A DNA stretch of 64,000 nt from a virus. This document shows positions 59,174 through 64,000 of this stretch, one piece after another (within the stretch, counting starts at the first letter, position 1; every line of letters begins with the position of its first letter). The position numbers were made by a program, and so were the translations under genes. The DNA lies in the IMG/VR virus record IMGVR_UViG_3300037205_000062, positions 98,912 to 162,911 of that record; one strand, written 5' to 3'. Below the pieces are notes generated by a model that saw only the letters and a program-made list of their open reading frames with translations, was not told the DNA's origin and ran no database searches.

Positions 59174-59945
59174 TTTTATATTTTACATAAACGTCTCATT
59201 TTTGGACATTTTTCTTGACATATATAGAAAATTACTGTAAATTAAGATTATGGACACGATAAAAATTATTCTAAATGAAAAAGGTCAATTAGACACAATT
59301 CTTAGCGATGGGGAACCCAATATACAAGTTCTACAGCGCGGGAAAAATGACAGTAAAATTGACGAATTTGAAAGCATACTCGACGTAGTAGATTATTAAT
59401 TCTCATGGATATTGATACACTTCAATTGCCAATATGGGTTGTGCAAGGCGTTAATTTTATTGCTAAAGTTCAAACGGATGAATATAACGCGCAATTCGCG
59501 CCCTTACACCAAGCCGAAGAAGCCGCTACTCGAATCATAGAGCAATTCAAAGGGCATGATAGAAAAATTCCTTGTGAAATTTCAGGTGAACAAAAAATTC
59601 CAGAATTAGGCGGCGTACTTCTTGTGTATTTATTAAATTCAGACCCGCAAGATGGTTTTCTTTTAATGGTACATGAATTACTTGCTAATGCTGGTTTTTA
59701 TAAAGACTCTTTTGCAGTTCAAAAATTAACAGAAGAAACTCTAAAAGAAAATAATCAAACAGAAGATGATATTTTAAAAATTAAAAAAACCAAAAAGGAA
59801 AAAAAGAAACCAGTCAAAAAACCACGTAAACGTGGACCTAACAAGAAAAAGAAAAAATAGCACTTGACATATAATAAAAAGTATTTTAATGTCATATTAT
59901 GACACGTATATAACGCTCTAACAAATTTGGAGCGTTTTTATTTTT

Positions 59946-60293
59946 ATGAAATCACGAAAAATTATACTAAGAAATAGTTGTTTCAGCTATAAATTTTTTA
60001 AATTGGGGCATTTATATGAATTAGTTAAAATTGGCAAAAACCCACTTAAATCTTCTAATTATTGGTTTGGTGCAAAAGTTTGGCTACGTGAAAATGATGA
60101 AAAAATAGAAAAAGTTGGTCTTTTGCGTAAGGGCCAAATCGCATGTATTAAAGATGACGTTTTATTTCCTCATATTGCCTTTGATGATTCTTTTAAATTT
60201 TTAGAAGATAATAAACCTCAAACATTAATTGCAAAAGCATGCAGAGGGAAAGCGGTAAATTATTCTAAAACATTTGGAACTGTTACGACATAA
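59946..60293 (+). CDS. Protein with MKxR tag (MKSRKIILR)
   Basis: ORF track. Confidence 0.55.
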   Translation: MKSRKIILRNSCFSYKFFKLGHLYELVKIGKNPLKSSNYWFGAKVWLRENDEKIEKVGLLRKGQIACIKDDVLFPHIAFDDSFKFLEDNKPQTLIAKACRGKAVNYSKTFGTVTT

Positions 60294-60646
60294 AATAAAA
60301 TTTACAAAACAAACTTGACAAACCAAAAAAGACAATCTAACTTAATAATATTATGGCACAAAAACCAACAAAAAGTATCGGGCAACCTGAAATAATGGTT
60401 GCGGAAACACAAATCGTTCGGGATGCAGTTGTTATCTCGTTCCCCAAGAGTATTCTTAATAAGGTACCAATTGAAAATGGGCGCGCCTTTTTCTGTGTTA
60501 CCAATGGTGTGCTGCAAGTTAGCGGCAAAGTGCCTAGCGCAGTAATGCCGATGGCAGTAATTAGCGATGAGGGCTTTATGCCCCAAGGTGGACAAGGTTA
60601 ATTTTTTCTTGACATAAACGCAAAACTAAACTATACCTAAATTATT

Positions 60647-61552
60647 ATGTTAAATAAAGAATCAGCATATATCAAAACAGGTGAATATAAACCCGTTGTA
60701 GATTTTACTATGGGAGCTGACCCTGAATTTTTGGTTGTTGACAAGAAAGTTGTTGTCAAGGGTAATGAAATCTTGAAGGAGGGGGATGATTTTGGGGTTG
60801 ACGGTAATGGTGTTTTGTTTGAAATTCGTCCTGAACCATCTACTTCCCCATTAGAAGTCACAAACAATGTGAGACAGGCAATGGTACGTCAATGTATCAA
60901 AAATCCCAAGTTTCTTGATTTTGACTGGTATGCTGGAAGCTTTCAGCGCGATTTTGGTATTGGCGGCCATATTCATTTTGGCATTAAAGATAATCTGATT
61001 GATTTTCCCAACGCCTCAAATATTTTGGCGCAATATGTTGGCGCGGCATCAATCCTGTTGGAAGATAGGGAACAAGGTTTGTGTCGGCGCAAGTGGAAGA
61101 ATGGTCAATACGGACATCATATAGATTTTCGTCCCCAACCTTATGGTTTTGAGTATCGTTGTCCTTCAAGTTGGATTACTGACCCCAAGGTTTCGGCTGC
61201 TATTATGTGTTTAGCTAAGGTCGTCATGTTTGAAGCTTTAAATAATAATAAATTTAAGGTTGTTAATCGTATCAAGAAAAATCATGTGCAAGAAATGTTG
61301 ACTGATGAAGTACGAAGTTTTTGGCCTGATATTTGGAATGACATTACAAAAATGTCTTTGTATCCTCATTATAAATCTTATTTGGATTTGATTTATTTTA
61401 TGATTAAGCGCCGTAGGAATTGGTTTCCTAATTGTTCGCTTAAAGAAGCTTGGGGAATCGTTGACCTAACGGCGTTTCAAACTTCACCCTTGAAATTGCA
61501 AGCTATTTGGCAAAAATTTCCGAAAAATGAAATGTCAATTGTACAATCATAA
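60647..61552 (+). CDS. phiEco32-like COOH-NH2 ligase type 2
   Basis: MGADPEF, GVDG, EIRP.P, GGHIHFG, R.QPYGFEYR..SSW. Confidence 0.88.
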   Translation: MLNKESAYIKTGEYKPVVDFTMGADPEFLVVDKKVVVKGNEILKEGDDFGVDGNGVLFEIRPEPSTSPLEVTNNVRQAMVRQCIKNPKFLDFDWYAGSFQRDFGIGGHIHFGIKDNLIDFPNASNILAQYVGAASILLEDREQGLCRRKWKNGQYGHHIDFRPQPYGFEYRCPSSWITDPKVSAAIMCLAKVVMFEALNNNKFKVVNRIKKNHVQEMLTDEVRSFWPDIWNDITKMSLYPHYKSYLDLIYFMIKRRRNWFPNCSLKEAWGIVDLTAFQTSPLKLQAIWQKFPKNEMSIVQS

Positions 61553-61600
61553 ACAATAATTTAACAAAAAAAACAAAACCAACACATAAATAAAACTATT

Positions 61601-61996
61601 ATGGTAAACTTCAATAAAAAAGACGATAACATGGAACAGATTGCAAATGCAACTGGTATGCTTAATCTAAGCACAAAAAATGAATATCGAATCTATGGTT
61701 TAGCTAACGAGCTTAATCCTCCCATTCTTTTTTCGGCGCAAGAAAACATAGTTAATGCCGAACAAGAAAAAACCATAGCTGGTTTCTTGGCTACCAACGG
61801 CATTGATTGCGCCACAGAAGATGTTGAAGCTAATAATAATAAAATATATATCGGTCTTCGGCGCGATGTTCGTAATAACATCTTATTGGCATCCAATTTA
61901 ATTCAAACTTTTGTGTACTTTTTGGAAGGGAGAGTTGAATTACCAATTGACTTCAAGGTGGATGGTATTCCATCTTTTAAGACGAATATTTCTTAA
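61601..61996 (+). CDS. Hypothetical protein inside ligase module
   Basis: ORF between ligase and GATase. Confidence 0.5.
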   Translation: MVNFNKKDDNMEQIANATGMLNLSTKNEYRIYGLANELNPPILFSAQENIVNAEQEKTIAGFLATNGIDCATEDVEANNNKIYIGLRRDVRNNILLASNLIQTFVYFLEGRVELPIDFKVDGIPSFKTNIS

Positions 61997-62087
61997 AAAT
62001 CATTGACAAACATACAAAAATATTTTATATTTTATTATATGAAACATACATACCAAACCACTCAAACGAAAGGAACTAATTAATATT

Positions 62088-62900
62088 ATGTGTAGGCTCG
62101 CTGCTTTTCCTCCTCACTTTCCACAAGATAAAGCATTAGAAATTTTGCTTGAAATGGAAGGGGGCAATACTGACGGTGTTGGTAGTGCCCATCTTAATGC
62201 AGATGGAGAATTCGTTGTTCAAAAATGGCCAACGTCGCTTTCTAAACTAATTGAAAAGCCTACTCCTTTTCTGCAACATATGGCTGGTGACGGTCATAAT
62301 GGATGGACAATTACGCATCTTCGCGCAAAATCTCATGGTGAGGTAGCAATGAAAAACACTCACCCTTTTGTAATTGATAATAAATGGGCGTTTTGTCATA
62401 ATGGGGTTTGGGGTGATTATGACGTGGTAAAACTCGCTCTTTCAAAAACCGTAAAGTTTGAGGGAGAAACGGATACGGAAGTAGCTGGACATCTATTTAA
62501 TATTGCTGGCGCAAAAGCGTTTTGCGATACCATAGACACTGCGGGTGTATTTCTTGCGCTTCGCAAAGATGGCGCTTTATACATTGTTAAAACTAGCGGT
62601 TCGCTAGAATTCACAGAATTGGACAATGGAAAAATTCTTGGCGCTTCCGACTTGAAAAGAGTTGAATGGAATAAGGCAGAATGCGTCCAAGCTGGTTGGT
62701 ACTATTTTAAGAAAGATGGTACTTTACAAAAAAGTGGACGAAAAACTTCTTATTTTTCCACTGGACATTCGTATCCTTATACTGGATATAATAGTTCTAC
62801 TGCTGGTGATAAATGGCTTCCAGCAGCTTTTAAGGATAAAGATAAGGATAAAGATGAAAAGACCATTACGGCAGGATATGAAAGTCTTTACGAAGAATAA
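62088..62900 (+). CDS. Class II (Ntn) glutamine amidotransferase
   Basis: MCRL, DG.G, HLRAKSHG, NTHPF, HNG, GETDTE. Confidence 0.9.
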   Translation: MCRLAAFPPHFPQDKALEILLEMEGGNTDGVGSAHLNADGEFVVQKWPTSLSKLIEKPTPFLQHMAGDGHNGWTITHLRAKSHGEVAMKNTHPFVIDNKWAFCHNGVWGDYDVVKLALSKTVKFEGETDTEVAGHLFNIAGAKAFCDTIDTAGVFLALRKDGALYIVKTSGSLEFTELDNGKILGASDLKRVEWNKAECVQAGWYYFKKDGTLQKSGRKTSYFSTGHSYPYTGYNSSTAGDKWLPAAFKDKDKDKDEKTITAGYESLYEE

Positions 62901-62913
62901 TATTTAAAAAAGT

Positions 62914-63960
62914 ATGTTTAACTTATTTGCCATGTTTAGTCCGTTAAAGTCTAAATCTAAGACGGCTACCAAAACAATAGTGTCTAAATTTACCAAAGCG
63001 GCTCGTAAACCTTTGGTGAAAAAGGCGACTATAATTAAAAGCTGGATTAAACCTGCTTCCATTTATCATATTCCTGCTCCCAAACCAATAGTAGTCAAGA
63101 AACAGGTACCAGCAGTAATTCCGCCCGCTCCTGTTATTAAACCTCTGCCATCTCACATATTAATTCCTGTTATTTATCCTTATGATCGCACCTCCGAAGC
63201 TGCGCGTTTACTCGCAAGGGAATTAAAAACCAAGCGGGTGTTTGAGAATGGTTCTTATGTTTATCAACCAAATAATTTGGTAATTAACTACGGTAATAAG
63301 CGTCAACCAAATTGGGGATACAATAGAAACGTAAAGATTTTGAATCATTGGAATGTTATTCAATTATCAAGTAATAAGTTGACAGCATTAAATCGTCTTA
63401 AGGAACGAAAAGTCTCCACTATTGAATTTACCACAAGCAAAGACAAAGCAGTTGAATGGGTAAGAAGTGGGCAAACTGTTATGTGTCGCACTATTCTTAA
63501 TGGTCATAGTGGACATGGCATTGTGGTTGCTATTGCGCCCGAACAGGTTGTAGATGCACCATTATATTCCGTTTATAAAAAGAATATTGGAGAATTTCGC
63601 CTTATTATCGTGAATGGAGTTGTCGTAGATTTTATGCAGAAAAAGCGTAAAATTGATTGGAAAGGCGAGAATGGGGAAAAGGTAAATCCATTAGTCAAAA
63701 ATCATTGTAATGGTTGGATATTTGCGCGCCAAGATGTTCATCCTCCAAAAATTGTCCTAGATGAAGCCGTTAAAGCAATGGAAGCATTGGAATTAAATTT
63801 TGCGGCAGTAGATGCCATTTACAATCAAAAGGAAAACAAAGCTTATATTTTGGAATGTAATACTGCAATCGGTCTTGAAGCCGATGGAACTACACTTAAG
63901 AATCTTAGTACTGCATTTTTGGCGATTTGTAATAATCAAAAACCAAAATCAGTAATTTAA
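62914..63960 (+). CDS. ATP-grasp (RimK-like) ligase with Lys/Pro-rich N-terminal extension
   Basis: INYG, NKL, GHSG.GI, EFRL, L.FAAVD, ILECNTA.G. Confidence 0.85.
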   Translation: MFNLFAMFSPLKSKSKTATKTIVSKFTKAARKPLVKKATIIKSWIKPASIYHIPAPKPIVVKKQVPAVIPPAPVIKPLPSHILIPVIYPYDRTSEAARLLARELKTKRVFENGSYVYQPNNLVINYGNKRQPNWGYNRNVKILNHWNVIQLSSNKLTALNRLKERKVSTIEFTTSKDKAVEWVRSGQTVMCRTILNGHSGHGIVVAIAPEQVVDAPLYSVYKKNIGEFRLIIVNGVVVDFMQKKRKIDWKGENGEKVNPLVKNHCNGWIFARQDVHPPKIVLDEAVKAMEALELNFAAVDAIYNQKENKAYILECNTAIGLEADGTTLKNLSTAFLAICNNQKPKSVI

Positions 63961-64000
63961 TAATTTAGGGAATGAGTGAGCTAAAAATTGATTAACAAGC

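Noticed and set aside
1-64000. Stop-codon reassignment
   Set aside because: Conserved enzymes are full length under the standard code, and TAA, TAG and TGA all end genes.
1-64000. CRISPR array, rRNA, integrase, reverse transcriptase
   Set aside because: No regularly spaced repeats or matching motifs seen.

Overview
A very AT-rich segment of a large (probably jumbo) dsDNA bacteriophage genome using the standard genetic code; the host cannot be identified from the sequence. 1-11.3 kb (minus strand): sugar-nucleotide, glycosyltransferase and methyltransferase cluster, a sigma-70-like factor and a dATP/dGTP diphosphohydrolase. 11.9-64 kb (mostly plus strand): class II RNR, tmRNA, ECF-like sigma, GMP reductase, about 36 tRNA or tRNA-like genes covering all 20 amino acids with unknown structured RNAs between them, a compact RNase P RNA, an NAD/ADP-ribose block (macro, NADAR, NMNAT fusion, Nudix x2, NAMPT), dTTP genes (DHFR, dCMP deaminase, ThyA, dUTPase), and a phiEco32-type amidoligase/GATase/ATP-grasp module. 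The strongest candidates for new biology are mostly in the RNA layer. (1) Two tRNAs (Tyr-GUA, Arg-CCU) appear to have their D-loop moved 3' of the anticodon arm. (2) Most tRNA elbows are remodelled with covariation (A18/G55; 19:56 = G-C, C-G or A-U). (3) A hairpin-caged 18-nt sequence is antisense to a host-type tmRNA 3' end, while the phage carries its own tmRNA. (4) A leader-peptide attenuator containing 19 of the 20 amino acids lies just upstream of the tRNA array. (5) At protein level, eight otherwise dissimilar small ORFs share a 9-residue N-terminal tag, MKxRx(I/L/V)xxR. All calls come from manual reading; no searches or folding programs were run.
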